From an uncultured bacterium (GTDB lineage Bacteria > Spirochaetota > Spirochaetia > B11-G9), in the NCBI GenBank assembly GCA_965371875.1, contig CBDVAD010000002.1, positions 1-36,311 of the forward strand: a DNA stretch of 36,311 nt, given 5' to 3'. The stretch's first letter is position 1. Each line of letters starts with the position of its first letter. The notes under the pieces are model-generated. The model did not search any database. It was not told the origin of the DNA and saw nothing but the letters and a program-made list of their open reading frames with translations. Shown one piece after another: positions 26,016-34,736 of this stretch. Made by a program: the position numbers and the translations under genes.

Positions 26016-26520
26016 CTAATCCAAATCCAGCATCAAGATTTGTAAGTTTGTCTCTCAAAATAACTGCATTTTCATATTCCTCATTGATAACAGCCTCTTC
26101 CAATTCTCTTTTTAGATATTCTTTATCTATAAGAATCGTCTTGTATGCTTTTAACTTGGCAGGCAGTTTTCCTGTATGATATATATACGAGCCATTCATA
26201 GAAATCTCAGCTGCAATACTACTCCTGAAGGAATTATAACAATCGGGGCATCCAACCTGTCCACCCTCTTTCATTTCAGAGACTTTTGTACCGCATGTTC
26301 TGCATTTTTCTACTTCGTTTTTAGATTTAGAAGGTAATGCAGTATTCTTAATGATGCCTGTAAGCAGTTTTGAAAATGAAAAATCAAAGGTTTTACCATC
26401 CCTGGAAATACCCTTCTTTGAAGCACAGTCTCTGCAAAGATGCATTTCATATACATCTTCACCCATAATCTGCTGAACATGGAAAACAGCTGTTTTATCT
26501 TTACAAATCTCACAAATCAT
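26005..26520 (-). CDS. mcsA: McsA-like UvrB/UvrC-motif protein (McsB activator)
   Basis: 171 aa with N-terminal CxxC...CxxC zinc fingers (CEICKD...CRDC; CRTCG...CPDC) and a C-terminal UVR motif (EEAVINEEYENAVILRDKL). It overlaps mcsB by 11 nt. Confidence 0.8.
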   Translation of the reverse strand: MICEICKDKTAVFHVQQIMGEDVYEMHLCRDCASKKGISRDGKTFDFSFSKLLTGIIKNTALPSKSKNEVEKCRTCGTKVSEMKEGGQVGCPDCYNSFRSSIAAEISMNGSYIYHTGKLPAKLKAYKTILIDKEYLKRELEEAVINEEYENAVILRDKLTNLDAGFGLDDE

Positions 26521-26543
26521 AATTGTATCCCTACTTTAATAAT

Positions 26544-26575
26544 AACAAAAAAACCGCCTATTTGCAGACGGTTTT
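26544..26575 (-). terminator. Intrinsic terminator hairpin between lolE and mcsA
   Basis: The minus-strand RNA reads AAAACCGUCU-gcaaau-AGGCGGUUUU followed by more U (7 consecutive T on the minus strand, 26553-26547). The U-G wobble makes the stem continuous only on the minus strand. It ends 23 nt before the mcsA ATG. Confidence 0.6.
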
Positions 26576-26580
26576 ACATA

Positions 26581-26609
26581 AATATACAAATTTTGTTCAA
26601 TAATGACAA
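26581..26609 (-). promoter_or_regulatory. Candidate sigma70-type promoter for mcsA-mcsB-clpC
   Basis: The minus strand reads TTGTCA (26609-26604), a 17-nt spacer, then TATATT (26586-26581). The predicted start falls at about 26574, at the foot of the terminator hairpin. Confidence 0.35.
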
Positions 26610-26645
26610 TCTGAACAGAAGAAAAAGAAAATTAAAGAGAATATA

Positions 26646-27950
26646 CTAATGTTTCCGTAAGATATCCATAGGTTTTAACCCTCCGGCTCTTATAGCAGGG
26701 AAATAAGCTGCTGCAGTAGAAAGAATAATTGTTAATGATGATATTATTAGAATCTCAGAAAGATTAATTTTTATTGGGATTTTTTCCAAATAATAAGCGG
26801 TATCAATAAGTACTATCCCCCTGTCTCCTAACGTAAAGAATGGAGAAATAATAGTCTGAACAATTCTATAAAGACTATTAATTAATGATTCTGCCACCTC
26901 AATAATTCTATTTATATTTACTGCAATCATTAAACCAGTTACTAAACCAGTAAAAGTACCCGCAAAACCTATAATAAACCCTATATATACAAAAGCCGTG
27001 GAAATCAGAGATGAAGAGACACCAGTGCTTTTTAAGATTGCAATCTCAGCCTCCTTTTCCATAACAAGCATAACTACTGCTGAGGAAATATTCATCGCAG
27101 CAACAAGCACAATAATAATCATTATAAAAAGCAGTATTGTTTTTGTAGTATTAAAACTATCTATCATATTCCGTTCAAGATCATACCAGTTTGAAACAAA
27201 AAAACCTGAATCAATGTGATTTTGTATATCAGATGTCTTCTTTTCAATATTATCAAATGGATTATTTAATTTTACTGCAATAAAGGAACTTCCCCGATCC
27301 CTGAAAAGGCTTTTACCCTTTTCAATATTTATATATATACTAAGAGCATCAAGTTCATAGTAACCGGTTGAGAATATACCTCTTACGGTCAGATATGATG
27401 GTTTTAATACAGGGCGTCGACCAGGAACCTTTCTTGCTGTAAGAATTTTTATTCTGTCACCAGGTACAACTTCCAGAATGCGTGCAACTTCAGTACTCAG
27501 CATTGCTGAATCCCTGGAATCCAGATTAAACTCACCAGACTCAATTGTAATATACTCTTTGGCTGATATATCAATATTAAAATAATTCTCCGGTAATGCT
27601 TTGAAACTTATACCTGTACGTCCATACTCCGAGTAGGCAAGCCCTAATCCTGTTGTTACCGGAAAGACAGCTTTTATACCAGGGAATTCTTTAATTTTAT
27701 TTATGATATTCTCTTCAATTTCAGGGTCGAGCTGTGTATAATTCCTGATTTGTAAATGGTATGAACCAATCTCCATGTAACGCTGAGTGATTCCTTCTAT
27801 CATACCACTGGAGATCTCAAGAACAACCACCAAAGGAATAAGTGATAAACCAATACCCAGAACAGCTCCTATCAGATTTTTATTATTTACAAATTTGTTT
27901 CTTCCAGTAAAAAACTTAAAGGCAAGAAAGAATGCACGCCTATGTATCAT
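26646..27950 (-). CDS. lolE: Lipoprotein-release ABC transporter permease (LolE/LolC family, FtsX-like)
   Basis: 434 aa. It has an N-terminal TM, a large periplasmic MacB-type domain and a C-terminal 3-TM FtsX domain. ATGA overlap with lolD. Confidence 0.7.
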   Translation of the reverse strand: MIHRRAFFLAFKFFTGRNKFVNNKNLIGAVLGIGLSLIPLVVVLEISSGMIEGITQRYMEIGSYHLQIRNYTQLDPEIEENIINKIKEFPGIKAVFPVTTGLGLAYSEYGRTGISFKALPENYFNIDISAKEYITIESGEFNLDSRDSAMLSTEVARILEVVPGDRIKILTARKVPGRRPVLKPSYLTVRGIFSTGYYELDALSIYINIEKGKSLFRDRGSSFIAVKLNNPFDNIEKKTSDIQNHIDSGFFVSNWYDLERNMIDSFNTTKTILLFIMIIIVLVAAMNISSAVVMLVMEKEAEIAILKSTGVSSSLISTAFVYIGFIIGFAGTFTGLVTGLMIAVNINRIIEVAESLINSLYRIVQTIISPFFTLGDRGIVLIDTAYYLEKIPIKINLSEILIISSLTIILSTAAAYFPAIRAGGLKPMDILRKH

Positions 27951-28621
27951 AACTCAACCAGTTTTCCATTTTCCATTTTAAGTTGTCTGTCACCTTTTCC
28001 GGAAAGGACTCTGTCATGTGTAACCAGAAGTAATGTTTTTCCGTGATTTTTAACAAGTTCAAATAATAACTCTTCTACCTTCCTGGAATTACTATTATCA
28101 AGATTACCTGTTGGTTCATCTGCAAGTATAATTCCAGGATCATTTATAAGTGACCTGACAACTGCTACCCGCTGCCTCTCACCACCGGAAAGTTTAGAAG
28201 GGACGTGGTCCAACCTGTCACCCAGCCCTACTTCAATTAATAATTCTCTGGCCCGCTCCATGGCTTCTATTTTATCCATTCCCGTCATATAGGCAGGAAG
28301 CATAACGTTTTCTATTGCTGTAAAATCTTTAAGCAGATAATGGAATTGGAAAATAAGACCAATGCTTTTAGATCTGAAAAAAGCCAGGGCATTTTCGTCA
28401 AGTTTATGGACAGGCTGATTATCAACAATAATTGATCCGCCTGTCACTCTATCCATCCCTGATATTAAGTTTAATAAGGTACTTTTCCCACTCCCGCTGC
28501 TTCCTGTAAGAATTACTCTGGTATTGGGCTCAACAGTAAGGTTCAGATCTGTAAGTATAGATAATTTTTCAGTTCCATTGTTAAATGATTTATATAGATT
28601 ATCTATCTGGATATTATTCAT
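27947..28621 (-). CDS. lolD: Lipoprotein-release ABC transporter ATP-binding protein
   Basis: Walker A is GSSGSGKST, the signature is LSGGERQR, and Walker B is ILADEPTGNLD. I place the start at ATG 28621 (MNNIQIDNLYKSF). The 31-codon upstream extension in the track lies inside lolC. Confidence 0.8.
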   Translation of the reverse strand: MNNIQIDNLYKSFNNGTEKLSILTDLNLTVEPNTRVILTGSSGSGKSTLLNLISGMDRVTGGSIIVDNQPVHKLDENALAFFRSKSIGLIFQFHYLLKDFTAIENVMLPAYMTGMDKIEAMERARELLIEVGLGDRLDHVPSKLSGGERQRVAVVRSLINDPGIILADEPTGNLDNSNSRKVEELLFELVKNHGKTLLLVTHDRVLSGKGDRQLKMENGKLVEL

Positions 28622-29915
28622 ATCGAAGGACCTCCGCAGGACGATAAAGAGAAACCATCTTTGAAGCAGAATAAGCAGCCCAGGTTGAAGATAAAACTGC
28701 AAATAAAAATACAAAGAGTATTTCAGAGTAAATAATTCTTACCGGAACTTCTGTAATATAAAAGTTTGTAGATGAAAACATAGAAACAGTCTCTAAACTG
28801 GTTGTTGAAAAGGGAGAAATAACAAATTCAATAAAAGCAACTGCCATTTTTATTATTATATCAACTACTTTAAAAATAATATTAATATTACTTGTTATCA
28901 GAAGTCCAATAATTAGTCCTGCAAATCCACCTGTCATACCAATTATAAACCCCTCAATCACAAAAATAGCTCTTATCCCGAAAGAAGTAGCTCCAAGAGA
29001 CATCAAAATACCAATTTCCTCTTTTCTTTCCACCACAGATCTTTCCAAAGAATGTTTAATATTTACTCCAACAACAATAAAGATCAATCCAATTACAAGC
29101 ATCATAGCAGTTTTTTCAGTTCTAAGAGCTCCAAAAAAGGACGAATTGAACTCTCTCCAACTAACAACGTCGTAGTTTTCTCCAAGCTTTTCTTTAATCT
29201 CCAAAGATACAACTCTATCCGTATACTGATCCATAAGCTTAATACCATAAATAAGGTTTTCCTTACCAGAGGCAAGCATACTCGAATTCGATATGAGAGT
29301 AAAACCCATAGATCTATCAAAATTATAAAATCCGCTCTTAAATATTCCTGTAACATTAAATATTCTATCAGACGGGGTAAGCGACCTGAAGTTAGAACCT
29401 TCCATAGAAACCAGTGAAATTTTACCGGCTACACCTACTCCAAGACGTGCTGCCAGTTGTTGTCCAAGAAGAATAGAGTTGCTCCCTTTAATTTTAAGCT
29501 CTCCATCTATTATATTCAATTGCTCTGCCATTACAGGATCATAATCTCTTATATTTTCAGGTACGGCTCTTACATTAACAGCTTCATAGTCAGAGAATTC
29601 TCCCTTAACAAGTGTTTGAATATCTATAAATGGAAGCACAGATTTTACACCTTTAGTCTTTTCAATAATATCCATAACTTCTGTTTGTATTTCGATCTGA
29701 TCACTATAGACCCTAATATGGAAAGAATTTATATTGATAATATCTTCAATAAACCCAAGCTGAAAACCATTCATTACTCCCAGTACTGATACCAGGGCCA
29801 TAACACCAATAGAAATACCTGCTACTGCAAGAACAGAAGGACCTAACTTTCGAGTTCTACTTCTTGTTCTTAAATATCTAAATGATGTAAACAGTATCCA
29901 TTTAAAGTTTTTCAT
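28614..29915 (-). CDS. lolC: Lipoprotein-release ABC transporter permease (LolC/LolE family)
   Basis: 433 aa with the same architecture as 26646-27950. The order permease-ATPase-permease is the classical lolCDE layout. Confidence 0.7.
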   Translation of the reverse strand: MKNFKWILFTSFRYLRTRSRTRKLGPSVLAVAGISIGVMALVSVLGVMNGFQLGFIEDIININSFHIRVYSDQIEIQTEVMDIIEKTKGVKSVLPFIDIQTLVKGEFSDYEAVNVRAVPENIRDYDPVMAEQLNIIDGELKIKGSNSILLGQQLAARLGVGVAGKISLVSMEGSNFRSLTPSDRIFNVTGIFKSGFYNFDRSMGFTLISNSSMLASGKENLIYGIKLMDQYTDRVVSLEIKEKLGENYDVVSWREFNSSFFGALRTEKTAMMLVIGLIFIVVGVNIKHSLERSVVERKEEIGILMSLGATSFGIRAIFVIEGFIIGMTGGFAGLIIGLLITSNINIIFKVVDIIIKMAVAFIEFVISPFSTTSLETVSMFSSTNFYITEVPVRIIYSEILFVFLFAVLSSTWAAYSASKMVSLYRPAEVLRYE

Positions 29916-30940
29916 TGGATACGCTCTTCTCTAATTTTTTCACCATTTTCATAGAAAACAATCAAAACAAGTGAGTTGTCTCTGTACACTTTTTCTATTT
30001 CTTTTTCCCCAAAGTTATAGAATATCTCTTTTATAAGCATATCTTCCTTAATTACCCTCTCAGATTTCAAACTGCCATCATTATTATAGTAAAAAAGATG
30101 TTTCTTTCGTATACCGGGAGATGCTGTTTTTTGTTCAACAAGAAGGTCCTCTTTATATATATAAGTGTACTTTACTATATTACTGCCATCTCTGGTTTCT
30201 TCTGACAATAGATTCTCATCTGAATCATACAGCAGCCGGGTGACAATACCTGTCAAAAGATCAGATTCAATCACTGTAATCTCCGAATCGGAAGAGGTGA
30301 AAATTTTAGTTCTGATTAGTGCACCTTCCTTCCAGTTTTCTATTCTGACAAGCATACCATCTTCGTATCTATACAATGATGTCTCATCATCCGTTTCATA
30401 CCATTCAGTAATTATTTCATTATTTGAATATCCAAATCCTGATGTACTGGATACTCCCTGGGTATAGATACGTCTAATTTGTCTTAAGTTTCCAAATTCA
30501 CCTGTTATAAAGAGATCATCGTAAACAGGAATATCGTTCTCAATATGAGTTGTTTTCAGAAGTTGCTGTCCGGACCATTCATAAATAAATGTATTAATAG
30601 GTTTCCCATCTTTATAGTATTCCTCTTTTACAACTAGCCCGTCAACAAGCTTTTCAGTTCTGATAAGTTCATCTAAAACATATTCACTGACAACCAGTAG
30701 GTTACCTTCTGTTAGATATTCAACTCTTTTATTCTCTTTTCCCTTAAAATATATTATTCTGGTTTCAAGTGAACCGGTTTTTGATGATTTTATAACCCAT
30801 GGAAAGTCGTCAATTCTAAAGGAAGGTATCTTTTCAAAAACCATGCCTATACTATTGGATCTGTAATAATCCTGACTTATAATAAATGCATCTGTAAAAA
30901 AAAATATGGAGAAAACAATAAAAAATGAAAAAGCTTTCAT
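29912..30940 (-). CDS. Secreted repeat protein (MORN/YwqK-like repeats, hypothetical)
   Basis: Signal-peptide-like N-terminus (MKAFSFFIVFSIFFFTDA). It has recurring Y-x-x-G/E-x-L type repeats (EEYYKDGKP, ENWKEGALI, FYYNNDGSL, VFYENGEKI). ATGA overlap with lolC. Confidence 0.5.
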   Translation of the reverse strand: MKAFSFFIVFSIFFFTDAFIISQDYYRSNSIGMVFEKIPSFRIDDFPWVIKSSKTGSLETRIIYFKGKENKRVEYLTEGNLLVVSEYVLDELIRTEKLVDGLVVKEEYYKDGKPINTFIYEWSGQQLLKTTHIENDIPVYDDLFITGEFGNLRQIRRIYTQGVSSTSGFGYSNNEIITEWYETDDETSLYRYEDGMLVRIENWKEGALIRTKIFTSSDSEITVIESDLLTGIVTRLLYDSDENLLSEETRDGSNIVKYTYIYKEDLLVEQKTASPGIRKKHLFYYNNDGSLKSERVIKEDMLIKEIFYNFGEKEIEKVYRDNSLVLIVFYENGEKIREERIQ

Positions 30941-30947
30941 AATAATA

Positions 30948-31823
30948 CTATTTCATATCCAGTAAATTGTTAATAAAATCATCTTTATTAAATCTGATCA
31001 TATCATTATAACCTTCACCGGTTCCTAAAAAAAGTATTGGTATTTTTAGATCTCTGCATATTGAAACTACTATACCACCTTTAGATGCTGAATCATATTT
31101 TGCCAAAATAATTCCGTCAAGTTCAACTGCATCATGAAAAGATTCGGCTTGTCTTAGTCCATTCTGACCAGTTGTTGCATCAATAACCAGAAATTTCTTA
31201 TAATTTTGTTTTTCTATTTTATTTTTTATAATCTTATCGATTTTTTTTAATTCTTTTACAAGATTTTCTCTATTATGCATTCTGCCTGCAGTATCTGCAA
31301 TTATAATTTTATCCTCTCTGGCAATTGCACTTTCAATGGTATCAAAAATCACTGCACCAGGATCGGCACCATGCTGCTGATGTACAACTCTCATATTCAA
31401 TTTTTCCCCATGGTGCATCAATTGATCTATAGCTGCGGCTCTGAATGTATCTCCTGCACTAAGTACACTATCTATTCCATATTCCTGTTTAAATAATGAA
31501 GCCAGCTTTGCAATTGAAGTTGTCTTCCCGACACCATTTACACCAAGAACCATAATCATATTCATTTTATCAATTTCAGGTATATAATCTTCTACCAGGA
31601 TGTGATCTGAAAGGTATTTTTTAACAATTTCCATAAAATCGGATTCTGTACTGATATTTCTGCTTTTTATTTCTGATTTTATATGATTAACAAGTTCAAT
31701 TGATGTGTTTGCACCCAAATCACTTTCTATTAACAAATCTTCCAGATTTTCAAAAAATACATTTGATAATTTATCGGCAGAAAAGAGTTTTTTTAATCTT
31801 GTCCCGAAATTAATACCTGCCAT
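30948..31823 (-). CDS. ftsY: Signal recognition particle receptor FtsY (NG domain only)
   Basis: 291 aa with GVNGVGKTTS, DTAGR and TKYDS-like (AKYDSASKGG) SRP-GTPase motifs. Confidence 0.9.
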   Translation of the reverse strand: MAGINFGTRLKKLFSADKLSNVFFENLEDLLIESDLGANTSIELVNHIKSEIKSRNISTESDFMEIVKKYLSDHILVEDYIPEIDKMNMIMVLGVNGVGKTTSIAKLASLFKQEYGIDSVLSAGDTFRAAAIDQLMHHGEKLNMRVVHQQHGADPGAVIFDTIESAIAREDKIIIADTAGRMHNRENLVKELKKIDKIIKNKIEKQNYKKFLVIDATTGQNGLRQAESFHDAVELDGIILAKYDSASKGGIVVSICRDLKIPILFLGTGEGYNDMIRFNKDDFINNLLDMK

Positions 31824-31857
31824 TATTTACTCCTAAGTTGATTAATCAGAATTAATT

Positions 31858-33237
31858 TTAAAGTCGATTGTTACTTTTTATATATCCGACTAAATCGAAT
31901 AAAGTATTTACGAACAGAGTAAGGTTTAAAAATACTCCACCAAGGTAAACATTATACCATGAAACTGAAAGATTCATCAATCTATCGGCCTCACTCGTAT
32001 TTCCTGAAGCTGCAAGTTCACGATTAAAAGCATATCCATAATCGGAACTAATTCCATAGCTCACCAGGGATATTGGTATTGACAGCAAAAAATAGCTGAA
32101 GGATTGATAAAATATTTCTCTTTTTCTGCTTATTATTTTTTCAGTATTTATTATGTCAGACTGCAAAAATATTTGAATATCCCGATTATCTATATCTTTA
32201 TAAACGATCTTACTGTCATTGTAACCTTCAAGTTTAAAGGTTAAAAGAGATGGTATAATTGGATTTTTAATTAATAATGGGGTCTTACCTACCCATATAG
32301 CTCCTGAATATAAATCTGCGCCTGATGGAAAACTCTGAACTGATATAGTAATACGTTTTTCTTCTTCCAGACTTACAGGTAATATTTTTGTTTCATATTC
32401 TCCAAGTTCTATTTTAAATTTCTGTGGTATATATCCCAACGTTTTAATCTCAATATCGTATATACCTGGATATAGGAATTGAAATTTCTGATAAACTACA
32501 AGTTCATTATCCAACATAATAAATATATTTGAATCTTCAGGTACTAATTCAAATGAAATTGAAGCCCAGGGTCTTCCAAGAACGATAGTTTTTAGATTTC
32601 TGGTAATTTCAGGAATTAAATCGAGAATCGTATCGGGGCTGCTGATAGATTCATAGATAAGATCTTCAGTTCCCAATATATTATTTTTGATCCATATTTG
32701 CAGATAAATCCATTCATCAAGTTTTTCCATAGAACCCTTTATAACTAAATCAGATATTTTTGACTTTCCAGAGCTTATAATATTTAATGATGGTTCATCG
32801 ATAATATACTTAATAGGAACAGATGATTCATGGATAAAGGTATCACTATCTTCAAGATCATCAATTAGTTTTTGCTCAGTTTCAACTTTTTCACCTAAAG
32901 ATATATATTCATCTTTGTTGTAGTCACTGGAGAATAGATAAGTATTATATTCCTCGATAGATTTGGAGAGTTTAATCAAATATTCTTCTCGAATATTCTC
33001 ATTATATCTCTTTTTAAGGAATATAATCTCTTCTTCTGAATATATATGCATAGGAGCATTTTGTATTTCATAATAGAGCATATCAGGAATACTATTTGCC
33101 AGATGCATATAGATATCATCAATTTGATTCATAATTAATGGTTCAAATTCAATAGTATATTCCTCTGCATCTATCCCATAAAGAAAGTATGAAATGAAAA
33201 ATAGTAATAATAAAAAATAAAGATACTTACGTATCAT
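31858..33237 (-). CDS. PEGA-domain membrane protein
   Basis: N-terminal hydrophobic helix. A PEGA-like module is present (SFPSGADLYSGAIWVGKTPLLIKNP...FKLEGYNDSK), preceded by a second Ig-like segment. C-terminal TM helices follow. The 5' end overlaps the cheY 3' end by 11 nt. Confidence 0.6.
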   Translation of the reverse strand: MIRKYLYFLLLLFFISYFLYGIDAEEYTIEFEPLIMNQIDDIYMHLANSIPDMLYYEIQNAPMHIYSEEEIIFLKKRYNENIREEYLIKLSKSIEEYNTYLFSSDYNKDEYISLGEKVETEQKLIDDLEDSDTFIHESSVPIKYIIDEPSLNIISSGKSKISDLVIKGSMEKLDEWIYLQIWIKNNILGTEDLIYESISSPDTILDLIPEITRNLKTIVLGRPWASISFELVPEDSNIFIMLDNELVVYQKFQFLYPGIYDIEIKTLGYIPQKFKIELGEYETKILPVSLEEEKRITISVQSFPSGADLYSGAIWVGKTPLLIKNPIIPSLLTFKLEGYNDSKIVYKDIDNRDIQIFLQSDIINTEKIISRKREIFYQSFSYFLLSIPISLVSYGISSDYGYAFNRELAASGNTSEADRLMNLSVSWYNVYLGGVFLNLTLFVNTLFDLVGYIKSNNRL

Positions 33238-33607
33238 TTATTCCAGTAGCTTTGGTAATTGCAGATATAATTCTTTCCGGCTGAAATGGTTTTAAAATAA
33301 AATCTCTTGCCCCAAGCTGAATTGCTTTTATAAGATATTTCTGCTGACCCAATGCAGAACACATAATTACCTTAGCTCCAGGATCATACTGCCTGATACG
33401 TTCAAGTGACTCAAGACCATCCATAACAGGCATTGTGATATCCATTAATACAATATCCGGTCCCAGTTCCATATACATTTTTACAGCTTCTCTACCGTTT
33501 TCCGCCTCACCTAAAACATCCATATTTGATTTTTCAAGAATATGTCGAATTGCATCTCTCATAAATGAAAGATCATCTACCAGAATTATCTTTATGGGTT
33601 TACTCAT
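33227..33607 (-). CDS. cheY: Single-domain response regulator, CheY-like
   Basis: Receiver residues are DD (ILVDD), phospho-acceptor D (VLMDITMP), S (MCSALG) and K (LKPF), with close resemblance to chemotaxis CheY. I place the start at ATG 33607 (MSKPIKIILVDD), which forms an ATGA overlap with the prfB stop. Confidence 0.75.
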   Translation of the reverse strand: MSKPIKIILVDDLSFMRDAIRHILEKSNMDVLGEAENGREAVKMYMELGPDIVLMDITMPVMDGLESLERIRQYDPGAKVIMCSALGQQKYLIKAIQLGARDFILKPFQPERIISAITKATGINDT

Positions 33608-34705
33608 ACATCTGACCAATTCCACTTAAGATAAGATTCAATAAAAGAATCAATTTTACCATCCATAACTGCCTGTATATTACCAACTTCATATTTAGTT
33701 CTATGGTCTTTCACCATAGAATAGGGATGGAATACATATGATCGAATTTGATTTCCCCAGGAGATATCTTTTTTCTCCTTAGCATGTTTTTGCTGCTCCT
33801 TTTCCTTTTCTGCTGAATAGAACTCGAATAAACGGCTTTTTAAGACTTTCATAGCTGTTGCTTTATTTTTATGCTGACTTCTTTCATTTTGACATTGAAC
33901 AACTATACCTGTTTCCAAATGAGTCAGTCGAACAGCCGAATCTGTTTTATTAACATGCTGCCCTCCAGCTCCGGAAGCACGATATGTATCTATTCTGAGA
34001 TCATCAGGTTTAATCTCAAATTCAATTTCATCTTCAATTACCGGTGAACAATAAACAGAAGCAAAGGTTGTATGACGTCTTGCACCTGAATCAAAAGGAG
34101 ATATTCTAACAAGACGATGAACACCAGTTTCTCCCTGTAAATTTCCATATGCATAATCACCATTTAACTGAAGTGTAACAGATTTCACACCACCCTCGGC
34201 TTCCATCAAGTCGATTATCTGAACTTTATAGCTATGTATTTCAGCCCAGCGTGAGTACATTCGCAACAACATATTAACCCAGTCACAAGCTTCAGTGCCA
34301 CCGGCTCCGGAATGAATTGTCAAAAAAGCGCCATTACTGTCATATTTACCACTGAGTAATTCCATAACTTCCAGTTGCTCATATTTCTCGGTCATTTCCC
34401 GTAGACTTTTTTCAATATCATCAGTTAAAGATTCATCATTCTCTTCTTTTGCAATTTGAAATAACTCATACATATCTTCAAACTGTGATATAAGGGCCTC
34501 CCAGGGTGAAAGTCTTTTTTTTAATTTATTCAGTTCACTCATCACTTTTTCTGAATTTTCTCTGTTATTCCAAAAAAACTCGGAAAAAGATTCTTTTTCA
34601 AGTTTTTCTATGGATACTTTTATTTTATCAGGGTCAAAGACGCCCCCATGTCTCATAAAGTCTTTTTTTAAGTACAGCTATTTCATTTTCAAGTTCATTT
34701 AACAT
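33604..34705 (-). CDS. prfB: Peptide chain release factor 2, expressed through a programmed +1 frameshift
   Basis: Frame 0 runs from ATG 34705 (GGAG SD upstream) and reads MLNELENEIAVLKKRLYETWGRL, then an in-frame TGA (34636-34634). The +1 frame continues DPDKIKVSIEKL... to 33604. The SPF (RISPFDS) and GGQ (SGAGGQHVNK) motifs are present. Confidence 0.9.
34633..34647 (-). other. prfB +1 frameshift signal (SD-like GGGGG, 3-nt spacer, CTT TGA C)
   Basis: The minus strand reads TGG GGG CGT CTT TGA C. GGGGG is at 34647-34643, the CTT slippery codon at 34639-34637, TGA at 34636-34634 and C at 34633. The layout is the same as the E. coli AGG GGG UAU CUU UGA C site. Confidence 0.9.
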
Positions 34706-34736
34706 ATATTACTCCGCTTTCGTAAAATTACTATCT

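Noticed and set aside
26521-26645. CtsR operator (tandem GGTCAAA heptads) upstream of mcsA
   Set aside because: Neither strand of the spacer contains GGTCAAA or a close tandem variant, so I do not annotate a CtsR box.
28622-28714. 31-codon N-terminal extension of lolD given by the ORF track
   Set aside because: The extension lies within the 3' end of the upstream permease gene and is hydrophobic nonsense for an ABC ATPase. ATG 28621 gives the normal MNNIQIDNLYKSF start.
29052-29789. Plus-strand ORFs 29052-29417 and 29457-29789, and minus-strand ORF 29102-29356
   Set aside because: All are embedded in the lolC-family permease gene, either antisense or out of frame. The translations are Asn/Ile/Lys-rich noise.
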